Origin: Amphiscolops sp. MND2022
Lineage: Eukaryota
Length of the DNA: 64,000 nucleotides
Reading direction: 5' to 3'
Assembly (NCBI GenBank): GCA_964187785.1
Contig: OZ076409.1
Span: 20,586,001 to 20,650,000 of the forward strand
Shown: positions 12,715 through 24,242 of the stretch, piece by piece
Position numbering within the stretch: the stretch's first letter is position 1
Layout of the letters: the number at the start of each line of letters is the position of its first letter
Translations under genes and position numbers: made by a program
Notes under the pieces: generated by a model
The model's input: the letters and a program-made list of their open reading frames with translations, nothing else
What the model was told of the DNA's origin: nothing
Database searches by the model: none

Positions 12715-13080
12715 CTGAAGCAATAAGAAACGAAAGGAAAGTTAATTCTATCAGACATAAATACAATAAACTTACTTTATTGCATCATTTATAAATAATA
12801 CTCAAGAAGGATGGGGAAGGAACACAATTTCTTGTTTCAGAAAGTTTTCTCCTAAAAATGGTTGAGATTAAATATTCATATTCTTTCGTTGAAAGTTTTG
12901 CAAATTTGGGCTTTTGTTTTGAAGTTCGGTTTTTGAAGGTCTAAATCTCGGATATTCAATTTAGTCTTCATCGAGTTTTCAAGTGCAATTTTTTTGCTTC
13001 GGATGTAAAAATTAGTAGAAAAAAGTTAATGTTCATTTTTTTGTTTAAAATATTCAACTTCACATGAGTTACACACTAAC

Positions 13081-13145
13081 CATATCAGTGGCGTTGACGT
13101 CAAAGATGTTGTCGATAATCATGCTGACGTTCACGATAATTGGCT
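13081..13145 (-). CDS. Cys-loop ligand-gated ion channel subunit, beta1-beta2 exon
   Basis: Acceptor CTCTTTTCCTCTGTTTCAG, donor GTTAGT; 65 nt, phase 1 to 0; (K)PIIVNVSMIIDNIFDVNATDM matches the PxxVxVxxxIxxIxxVxxxxM pattern. Not in the ORF track. Confidence 0.93.
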
Positions 13146-16100
13146 CTGAAACAGAGGAAAAGAGTTAAAGTTGAAAATTTGTTAAAACATCCAGTAATCG
13201 CCTTCGCTAAAAGGCTTTTTGAAGGTTTATTGGAGGAGCCCTTAAAAGATGCAAAGCTCGGAAAGTTTTTGACTCTGCTTCCAAACTTTCATTTCAATGA
13301 AAATAATTTAAAATCGATCCATTAATCTTACAAGACGTGATGTCGGATTTTTTGTCGAGCAATGATGAAATTTATCAGAAGAAGCTCGAGAGTTTTCGAT
13401 GTAGACTTTCAATTATGAAACGGAACCCTCGTTTTAACCAAGTTAAGGTTTGATATATGCATGTTAGCGGAATTTAAACGTTTTTGGTCATTTCCGAGCT
13501 TTTCTGTCGAAAAAATCATTTTTGAAAATTTTTAAGTTGACAAAAAAACGTTTTCTTTGAAATTTTCGGGATAATATTGCAAGATTTTGCAATCTCCTTT
13601 ATTTTTGTTGAGAATTCCGCCATGATTCTTACCGAGAGGTTCAAGAATATTCAAGAATCTTGTCAAGATATCCAAGAGATTTCGCACTGGAATGGTTTTA
13701 GAAAGTCAAACTTTCAGTTTCCTGATTCCTGACTAAAAATCATGAATCAGGAAATGTTCCTACTTTTGAGACTTGAACAATCGTTTGCATGTTGTTCTTT
13801 TCCCCGCTCTTTTGCATAGTTTTCCGCAAGTTGCCATACAAAAAAAGTATTAAAAGTGCTCGTATAATGTTTCTCATTAATTTGTTTGCATAACCTCGTT
13901 CAATCCGAAACACTATGAAGCGACCGACCGGGATTTGAGATGAAATTGCTGTTGTTTCACATAAAGCGTCTGTATTAGACAAGGCGAGCCAACATTTTTT
14001 CTAATTTAATCAGAGCTCTGTCCTAACAATCTTCATCCCAGTACAAAAGACTGATGACGTAATTGCTCACTGGCCTTGATGCGATCGAAAAACTAATTTC
14101 TAAATTCACGGCATGTATCTCAAAACAAATTTCACGTGGAGGCGGAATTCATTAACGGGTCATTCAAGGAAGACATTGTGAGCCCTGGGGTGCTGTATTA
14201 GAACAAAAAGCATTAGCACCGAGCAGTCGTACGTCACAGCCCGTGGATTCCTTTTTCTATCCTCGACCCGCCCGTTAATCCGCCCCGGGAATTTCCCATC
14301 TCCACATAAGGAAGGAAAAACTAGCAAGGATTTTTAGTGACGTTCTATCGGGACGGGCGGTGGATGAGTTAATCGATACTTTATATCGCGGCACCGCTTA
14401 TGGCCTGTTTATACCCCGGTAAATTTAATGATAAAACCTTTTAGTTGCCCCAAAATCTTTAATCCCACAGTACGAAGGACCCAGGGTAAAAAGAAATATG
14501 GAAATACTACAAGTACAGTTAGCATCGCAATCACAGACGTTACAGTAATGTTTCGAAACAGGAATCTGATTTTCCCAAGTGATTCTTCCGGGCTTATCTA
14601 TTGCGCAATAATTACAACAGCAGATAAGAGAAAAAAGCTAACAGGTGACTAAGGTGACTTTCGTCAGTTCGATTCTGCAATTCTTGCGAAAAGCGGCCAA
14701 GATATTAAAAAGAAGCTTTAAGAAATCAATTTTAGGAGCTGCATATGCAAAAAAGTGATCTTAATTTTCTGTCACGAATGATGGTTGTTTGATTTTGAAG
14801 AAATATGTCTCTAGACGATTAAGACTTTTGAAGGCATGCCAAGACGACGAAAATCCGAAAAGGACTCTAGCGCTCACAAAAATTGTTCAGTAATTGATCA
14901 AGAAAGATTAATAGTGTTTGAGAATAACAAAGGAAAATAAAAAAGATAGTTGCAACTTTTCTAGATTATAAGTAGTTTCAATTACCTTTTTACCATGAAT
15001 TTTGCAGAATCAAAATAGAAACGACGTTTCAAGCAAAAACGAATATTTTAAAACTTTATATTTAGCCAAAAACATTGAATAACCAATTAAAAAGTATTTA
15101 AAAGATAATTTTTTAAAAAAAGACACACAGGGATACATTTTTAGGAGAGCAAGAAGAACTTTACAGAGGGATAAGTTTCGAAACTTGGATCGATGGAACA
15201 ACTGCAAAAATGCAAGCAACTACAAGAAAAAGTTGAGTTTTGACCTGCACACTGTTGAAGCAAGGAGTAGGAGAAAATATTTAATCATAAACGATAATTG
15301 CAAGTGAGAGAAAAAGACAGAGGGACAGTGGAGGTCTCACAGTGATTCACGATTGGACTACGGCTCAAAGCAGAGCAACCTGATCCGGTAAGGGCCACAG
15401 CCTCAGCTTGTGGCTCGAAATTAGATTGACTCGCGAAAAAAGGTTGAAAAATACTATGATCAGTATTGACGTGCTTAATGGCACATGTCCTAAATACTAA
15501 CACTAGAACCGTAGAGAGATCAGAAGAGCATTACAAAAACAACGACAACAAAGGCGTTTGTTTGCTTGTTTTACAATGGTCCATTAGTAGAGCTTACCTT
15601 CAATATGTTAGATTTCAAGGATTGACACTCGCGTTGTCGGTGTTCGAGGCACAATTCGTTTAATTTCGCTTTGTTCAAATTTGGTTTCACATGTGTAGTC
15701 AAGACTGCAATGCCAAAATATGTCGCTGTCAATCGAAGACATGACATTGGTAAACAACTTGTCAAGTCACGTCTTCATAATTTCGAACGTTTAGGCTTTT
15801 TTTCTTGATTTTGGTGATCTTTATTTTCAGACAGATACATCATTATCATTTCAAATGAGTTGATATTCTGTAGTATGAGAAATCTGTGATCCATTGGATT
15901 TTCGCTTTTGTCTTTGTAGTATAGAAGACAGAAATCACATTCAAACTTTGATGAACTTTAGCTGTCTGTAGGATTGGTACCCCTAATTACTAATTTCTGA
16001 CCGTCTGGAGATGACCGGTCTATGTTGGCTATTTTTAGCTTAGATATTACGATACGGATAAGACGTAATCTTACCACTCTCTTATAACGTGAGTTCACTC

Positions 16101-17351
16101 TTTCATTCTTGTGTCTTATTCTTGGGGCTCGAAACAGGAAATATTATTGACTACTCAGACCGTTTCCATAAACGTGTGAGTTTCTTTTTTGTTTTTGTGA
16201 GTGAAAATTTAAAATCAATAAATAATCATCATCAACAAAGTGCATTGAAGAAGCTAATAAGCCTGCAAGAAAACACACTTAAACAAAAGAATAACCCCTT
16301 CTGGAGCAAAAAATGGCAGGGCACTAGTTACCCATTGCTTTGAGTGAAATGGTAGTTTTTCTTCGTTTTACACGGTATCTGACAAAAAGGAAGGAAGAAA
16401 TATTTTCCCCAATTATGCGTGTCCGACACCAAGTAGGCATATCTGCTTTTCTAAGTTGGCACACGTGTAAAGCATTCGTAGTGAAGCTGGCCCTTACTGG
16501 AACATTTGGTTCCAAAGGTTGTACCGTAGTTTGCTGTCGAGAAATAGTGTTCGAAAAGGGTGCCAGTTGGAAAATCCAGTTCTCAAATTTTGTTTTGCCG
16601 CGCCACTTGTATTTTTGCCATGATCAGGCCACAAACTTGAAGAGGCTTGAAGGGGGTGAAGGGCTTGCTTGAAGCAAATTATTTTGAGTTGAGAGAGATT
16701 CGAACCAGTTACCGACAGAATGCCAATAGAATGCAACTGACGAATTGTCGTTATAGCAGATCATTCTACGTCCAAAGTGTTTAGGTTTAGGATACAATAG
16801 ATCTGACTGCAATTTCATTCCTGCGATTTAAACTTTAAACGATAATCTTTAAAAAAATATTTTTCGTTTTTCGACTCTACTATAATTACCGTGTTTCATC
16901 GATCATTAAGCATGCTTTCTATTTTCGCGCGATGTTCCAAATTACTTCTATAAACGGGGTTATTCTAGATTCCAGAATAGGAAAGATCATTGGAAATTAG
17001 CGACTTTCTACCAGCAATTAATTTCATTGTCGATTTTTTAACCCTCTAAGGGCTTGTTTTCGAAAATGAGGTGTATATTGATAGTAAATCAGTTTAAAAT
17101 GGACTTTTGATAGCAGATCTTTTTTCGCTGAAGGAATAAAATTACGATTTCTTGAATAGGGGTTGGGGTTGGATTGTTTCTCAATTAGAGCGAGGGGTAA
17201 AAATGCGTGAGGGGTACTTAACATTCGTTACTTCACGTTATTAATTATATTTGTAGAAGCAATTATTAGGTAGAAGTTGATGTAATTTTTGTAGTTATTT
17301 TGATTGTAAATTAGTTAGAAGTTATTAGTAATTGCAGGACGCAAAACTAAC

Positions 17352-17515
17352 TGGGGTTGGGGGGCAACCATCGCCAATCCTTGACGCGTTTGTTGCCCGC
17401 AGTGGAGGAGGAGGAGGGGCTCCGTTCGTTGGAGGTGGAGGGTGAGGACGGTGACGTCAGACTGTCGTCGTTCTCCCAGCTGTTCAGAATCTCTGTCCGG
17501 TAGTCGATCACTGCT
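17352..17515 (-). CDS. Cys-loop ligand-gated ion channel subunit, N-terminal helix exon
   Basis: GC-rich island; acceptor TTCTGTTGTTCCAG, donor GTTAGT (phase 1, fits next exon); AVIDYRTEILNSW-(Ser-rich insert)-RVKDWRWLPPNP, interpreted as helix alpha1 plus a divergent YDxRxRP motif. Confidence 0.75.
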
Positions 17516-17656
17516 CTGGAACAACAGAACCCATCCATACACGTATGCACATGATGCTATTATTTTGAACTCTAAGCACAAAAAATACTCAAGTCGGTGC
17601 TAGCTCATTACCCGAAAAATAACAAAATTGCAAAGGGTCCGTTTTTTCGAAATTTC

Positions 17657-18193
17657 AAAGCCGGGTACGGCCCGAGTCGGCCCGTTCAAGGTTTAAAAAT
17701 AACTAAGTGGCATACAAAAAACACCGCTGCGAATTCTTAAAATCAAATTTACAGTGCCACAAAGTACCCGAAGGGATACTCATAAGATTCGAATGCGCTT
17801 TTACTCTAACTCGGATCATCAAAAATTTAATTTTCGAAAGAAATTTTTGAAAGGTTTTCTTGCTGGAAAAAGTCTCTCGGAAAAACCCGAAAAGGGAGCC
17901 TCTAAGTTCGCGAAACGTTCGCAACATGGAAATGCAAATTTTTCCAAAAAAGAGTCTCAGATCGCCGAAAAAACTCAAACTATTCAAAAAGTTTTGGTGT
18001 TTTGGTGTCACTTTTTTTGCGAAAATTAGATTTATTCCCTCTCCTTGGGAATCGAACCCACGCAAACGCACTATGCCACTCAAACTAAGCCACAAGCAGC
18101 TTATAGAAACCTATAAAAATCTGTCAGTTCACTTAACTTTTGTAAAAAAACCACTGCTATAGTCAGTTAATTCTATCGAAAACGCCAACTGAA
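17657..18193 (-). mobile_element. Helentron/DINE-1-like element, family A
   Basis: 3' end on plus as AAAGCCGGGTACGGCCCGAGTCGGC; 5' end ...GAAAACGCCAACTGAA; internal minus-strand B-box-like GGGTTCGATTCCC near 18047-18059; head-to-head with the next copy. Confidence 0.65.
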
Positions 18194-18198
18194 CACCA

Positions 18199-19035
18199 TT
18201 TTTAGTCGGCGCATTTTCCTTTTAAGGAAAAATGCCCGACTCTTACAGTGACCTTTTTTTCTTCAGACTCACACTGATCGGTCCACTTTTTAGAGAAACT
18301 CCTGAAACCACTAAGGCCAAGTCCGGCCAATGCAAACTTAGTGCAAAGGCCCCCCCCTTTCAGTTTTTTTTTACTTTTTTAAGGTAACCTACAAAACCGG
18401 ACGAGACTATAGGGTCCAAAAAGTGTCAGATTCTCACAGATGCTAGCTTTTTTAGTCGGCACTTTTTCCTTTCAAGGGAAAATGCCCGACTATAACAGGG
18501 ACTGTTTTCTTCAGACTCACACTGATCGGTCCACTTTGAGGGAAACTCCTGAAACCACTAAGGTCAAGTGCCAATCCGGCCAATGCAAACTTAGTGCAAA
18601 GGGACTTTCTTTTTTACTTTTTAAGGTAACCTACAAAACCGGACGAGACTATAGGGTAAAGGGTCCCCCCTTTCGATTCTTTTTCGGCATTGTTTTTTCC
18701 GAAATTTTTTAATGCCTCAAAAGGGTCCCCCTTCGAGTTCTTTAAATTTTGCAACTGAATGTATGTTAATAAATCCTAAAGGGTCCCCCTTTTACATTTT
18801 TTGGAACTATACGACATTTCCCAAAAAAAATTCGAACTTTTTTCTAAAAAAAGTTTTTTCTGTTCCCATTTGGAGAAAAAGTTGTTTGCGAGTGATATCG
18901 AGCTTGAAAGGCACTCTTTGGGTGTCTCGAAACTGTTTTCTGAGCTTCTCATAAATACTTCCTGGGCATATTTTAAAAACTTTGCGCTTTTTGAGCCTTA
19001 GATATAGCGCCGACTTTAGACGTTCTCGTCTTGTT
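18199..19035 (+). mobile_element. Helentron/DINE-1-like element, family A (duplicated 5' portion)
   Basis: TTTTTAGTCGGCGC 5' subTIR with adjacent inverted GCCCGACT; 5' ~220 bp present twice (18199, 18448); 3' subTIR GCGCCGACT, hairpin GACG-TTCT-CGTC and terminal CTTGTT; T-rich flanks, no TSD. Confidence 0.8.
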
Positions 19036-19588
19036 TGATCATGTTTTTACTGAATTGTTTTAATATATGGTCGCTGAATGAACTAAATGTTTTCATAAGG
19101 AATTGACTTGCATGTTCTACCCAACAATTATAGTGAAACTGAGTTTATTCCTCCGAAAACATTTCGAACAGTAATGACATTCGGCTGTTTACATTTTTTG
19201 GAACTATACGAAGTTTCCCAAAAAAAATTCGAACTTTTTTCTAAAAAAAGTTTTTTCTGTTCCCATTTGGAGAAAAAGTTGTTTCCGAGTGATATCGAGC
19301 TTGAAAGGCACTCTTTGGGTGTCTCGAAACTGTTTTCTGAGCTTCTCATAAATACTTCCTGGGCATATTTTAAAAACTTTGCGCTTTTTGAGCCTTAGAT
19401 ATAGCGCCGACTTTAGACGTTCTCGTCTTGTTTGATCATGTTTTTACTGAATTGTTTTAATATATGGTCGCTGAATGAACTAAATGTTTTCATAAGGAAT
19501 TGACTTGCATGTTCTACCCAACAATTATAGTGAAACTGAGTTTATTCCTCCGAAAACATTTCGAACAGTAATGACATTCGGCTGTTTA
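18791..19588 (+). repeat. 397-bp near-identical tandem duplication
   Basis: 18791-19187 repeated at 19188-19584 with few substitutions; TTTA microhomology at the junctions. Confidence 0.95.
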
Positions 19589-22500
19589 GGCCGGCGTTGG
19601 AACGGAAAATCATTCCATTTTGACTTCTAGTATCGAAAACGGATACATTGAAAGTTTGAAGGTTTTAGCATACGCACTCTATAAAAACGTCACCAAAAAT
19701 GTTCGATTTTTTTTGTATCAGCAGTAACGCTTTTGTTACAGCCATACCCATTTTCAGTGAAAATATTTTTACGTTTTTGCTAGAAATTGGTTCATGGTTA
19801 AGGAGCAGCCAATAAATTCGTCAACCTGAGCATTATTCGACAGCGTTATGCTGATTTGTCATGTTTGGAAAACATTTAGTCCATCAAAGGACCATACTAT
19901 GGCCATTGTATGGTTAGAATATATTTTATCTTGTATTGTCATTGTATGACTTCCATATATCACAATTCATGATTTTTTATGATCTAGATGTTTTTGGCAT
20001 GGATCCCAGTCGAGACTGCTGGAACTTTTTCCATGCTGCAGGCCTGCAGGCAGGATTGTTTAATTATAACTCAGAAAATTCAACAAGCTTCAAATGGTAA
20101 ATCTTGTAGAATTACCTTGCAGCTTACACGATTGCACTTAAAATTGAAATTGTTTTCCACTTCGTTACCCGCAGGATCACATAATTTTCACACTCTGATT
20201 TCTCAACTTCTCATCTGACGTGATCACTTTTCTCAAATAGCACGCTGAAGATGACACCATCAGAGGGAATAAACTGTAAAGTGAAAGATCTGCGATGCTC
20301 AACCAGGCAATTCGAATTTCTTTGAGAGCAAACTTTCAGTTGGAGTATCGCACCAACTGATATGTCAAGTGGTTTTCGTAAGTACATTCAAAAATTCCCA
20401 ATTTTGGAGTAGTAGAAGCACTGTGATGTTTCCGACTGTCAAAAATGCACTAGAAGATGTTGAGAGCTATTATTCATTACGTTCGGTATCTCAAAAATCA
20501 AAATACTCATCACTTAGATTTAAATATTATCTCCATGTTGGGGCCTTTCCAAATTTTTCAAATATTAACCTTCTCTAATTCCAACAATCTTTTGACGCCG
20601 CAACTTGAAAACTCTCACTCAGATTTTATTTACAGAGTTGAGTTCGGGAGCTTTCAGATAACGTATGCTACGAAACTTGATTTTTTCCTTAAAGAATGTA
20701 TGGGAAGCTCCACTTTTCGAGTATAAAACTAAACTATAGCAAAACTTGAGAGAAAAAGCGCCGACGGAGCATTATATTTTTTTCTTTATGTAATATACGG
20801 ACCGGAAACAAATGAGAGCGCTTAGAAATTGTAGTAGAATTTCGACACAGAAAGACTTTGTGTAAATGAGAGTGGTAACAAAAATATCCACAGAAGCGGT
20901 GACAATTTTTACAGAAAACACTGACTTCTGTGTACGAGAAAAACCTTCTGTTATAGCTCATACAACTATCTCAAAGTCGAGACAAAAGTATGCAATTCAA
21001 TTTGTTTACGGGTTCATCCGTTTCCTTGATCTCTATCGAGCTTCGGTTCATGAATATTAGTCTAGAAGACTATACACCAAAATAACTCAAAAAGTACCTA
21101 GATTAAACATATTCATTGTGTGATACCGTTGTTTGTGATACAGTACGAAATTAGAAAGCTTATATTCTAAACTCTCTACTCTTTCCTAGTTTCCTAGTCG
21201 TAGAATACAACATAGCGCAGTCAGCCAATCTTTAGAAACAAATAATATGGACCGAACTTTTTATTGCTGAGAAAAACATAGACCAAACCTAGAAGCAAAG
21301 GTTTTGGACAGAACCGCGGTATTCATATCGAGACAGTTGTTAGAACGATTCCGATAATATACGTAGCGGGAAGATAAAATACACAATACACCACTATCAA
21401 AAGGAAAAGACGTCGCTGAATCCAGATGGACCGGAAAAGGACTATTTATCCTAAAAGATTTCATCAGGGGAGTGGGACCCGAAGCACGGTATCAAATACC
21501 CGAGCCGAGTACAAAACGTAACCGGACAGTACAAAAATAAAAGACTTGCTGCGGTTTTCACCAAACATTATCTACCAAAACGCAATACATATCACAACCG
21601 CTGAGATTTCGTCAGGGCTAAACAAACTGAAGACGATACACCCGAAAATTGCTGGAGACGACTGCTTGAAATGGAGAAATAATGCACTTTCAACACAAAT
21701 TCAGCAGAAGAATTATCGATATCCCAATACATGACCACAACCCACAACCACGGACAAAAAAGTACAGGAAAAAATGGTGAAAAGAAAAACATTGGAACTG
21801 AAAAAAACCTTGAACTGATCAAGCAAAATACCTACGAACAGAAAAGCAAAAAAAAATACGATATCGGAATCCTTAATTTCTGCAAAAAAACTATAAAAGA
21901 CGAAGTGATACAAGAAAGGAGAAATTCTGTAAGAGACCGATAAATAGACCAACAGGGAACTGACCACTGGTGGCAACCAGATTTCGCAACGCACCGAATC
22001 GGACACCATTACATAAATGCCCGCGATAGAGGCAAACTGCAACAAATGCAGAAATAAAAGCCACTACGAAAAAGCATTTGCAGATAAAACTTCAACAACA
22101 ACCGAACAGTGAAATGACTAACCGAAGATGAGAAAGAAGAACGGTACAAATCATCAAGCAATTCTGACGAAAGCATGCAAAAATAAAAACGATCGAAAAG
22201 AAGAACAAACACTATACTTTAACGGTAAAATTAAACGGGACGAAGAAAGCACTTTATATTGACGGGGTGACTAACGATAATGCCACCAGACGGAAAGATG
22301 CCGAAATCAACCGAATTTAGGAAAATGAAAATGGGATACCATAATGTTAACAAAAACGAAGTGGAGTTGCGAGGGAACATTCCCGTAAATATGGAATACA
22401 GAAACAACAAACAAAAATGAACATCCTGGTAACCGAAAGAACAGATGTAACACTATTACTCCGAAAAGACTGCACGGAGAGATAAAAAATGACAACCGAA

Positions 22501-23526
22501 ATCATACAAGAGGCCGAGAACAGCCAATCAGGACGCCAGATAATAATCAACAATCGTTCGGACCTGTTTGAGAATAACGGAACGATAAAAAGTTTCGAAA
22601 TAAATATTCAGTTAAATCCGGGACGCTACCCATAAAAACAGTAAATCCGACCGGTACCACTACCTCTACAAAAAGACGTAAGACGAGAACTAGAGAAACT
22701 GATGTAATACGAACATCTGGAAAAAACAAACGATGTAGACGAAGACTGTTTTGTATCCTCGATAGTAATAATCGTAAAAAGCGATGAATTGGTAAAAATA
22801 GCATCAGAATCACGCAAACGGAAAGATACTTGTATCAAAATGAGACCACACATGCCGAATGTGGAAGCCCTACTAAACCAAGTTGCGGTAGAAAAAACAA
22901 CTCGTCTTTTCGAATATAGACCTGGACTAGGCATACGGAAAAACAAAACTATCTGAAGAAACAACCCGACAAAGCGTTTTCACTTTGACACGGGAAAATG
23001 CAGCCGATACTATACCAGTTCAAAAAGGGTTTTCCGGACTTGCCGACATACCCACACTATCCCAAGGAAAACTGATCGAACACTTGGATAAATCACAACT
23101 GCCTGGTTTGACGACATAATTGTGGTAACACGAGAAAAAAACAGGACCACGAGACAAAAACATTTCACGTCGAAAATAAACTAGAAAAAGCCGGTTAGCG
23201 AGCAAGCTAGAGGAAACCCGAATCCTTCATGAACCAGACAAAGTGATCGGAACACTAAATTGATGAAAACAGAATCAACCCGAATAAAGAGAATGTGGAA
23301 TCCATATTGAAACTAAAGCCACCGGAAAACACAAAAGAGTTGATACCATACTTCGGGGCATTGCAATTTATGGCAAATTGTTTACCGAAACTTTCTTACC
23401 GAACAACAAAATTTTCAGGAAAATGAAACAAATGTTAACCGACCGATGGTCCATGTCCAGCACACAATGCGAAAGACAAAGGTAGCATAGTAACAACAGA
23501 CCACCAAGCATTAGAAATTTCGAAAT

Positions 23527-24003
23527 AACAAAACGAAAACGTCTGAAGTCGGCGCTATATTTAAAGCTGAAAAATCACAAAACATTTTGTGGGAAAAAAA
23601 CTTGAAATTTTTGAAATTTTGTTTTCTTTCGGGAGAATGTCGCATAGTGCCGAAAAATGTACAAGAAGGAATCCCTTTGGATTTATTAACATACATTTTG
23701 TTGCAAAAATTCAAAAAAACTCGTAAGGGGACTCTTTGGGGACAGTTACAAAATTTCGAGAAAAGTCGCACTGTGCCGAAAAAATTCAAAGGAGGACTGG
23801 TCAGGCACGTCCGGCGTTGTAGGTTTCCTTGAAAAAGTAAAAAACGAAAGGGACCCTTTGGACTAAGTTTACCTTGGCCTCAGGTGGTTTCAGGATTGTT
23901 TCTAAAAAGTGGACCGATCAGTGCGAGGATTGTAGTTTGACGAAAAACAGTCACTGCTATAGTCGGGCATTTTTCCTTAAAAAGAAAACACGCCGAATAA
24001 AAA
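23527..24003 (-). mobile_element. Helentron/DINE-1-like element, family A, inserted in the RNase H region of Gypsy B1
   Basis: Plus strand AACAAAACGAAAACGTCTGAAGTCGGCGCTATAT ... TATAGTCGGGCATTTTTCCTT...CACGCCGAATAAAA; host sequence resumes on both sides in an A-run. Confidence 0.85.
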
Positions 24004-24242
24004 AACAAACTGGTGTATTAAACCATGCAGCGCGAGATAACCACAGTGGTTAGACGTAATTCGATGTATCAATACAACTTTTTGCCGGCAGTATTTCGAC
24101 ATTTACCGATTATCTCAGCAGAAATCCGGTAGCTGGGGATTACGATGAAGAAAACGTAATTAACATAATACCCGAACTAGTTGAATTGAACTTGAAATAC
24201 GGACCAATCTTCGCCGAACAATCAAAACGCAACAAAGAAAAA

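Noticed and set aside
15598..15704. Minus-strand segment with good splice sites (TTGCAG / AAG|GTAAGC), phase 1 to 0, formally able to replace the 65-nt receptor exon
   Set aside because: The peptide (ILTTHVKPNLNKAKLNELCLEHRQRECQSLKSNILK) has no beta1-beta2 pattern. Not supported without transcript data, though a junction search would be cheap.
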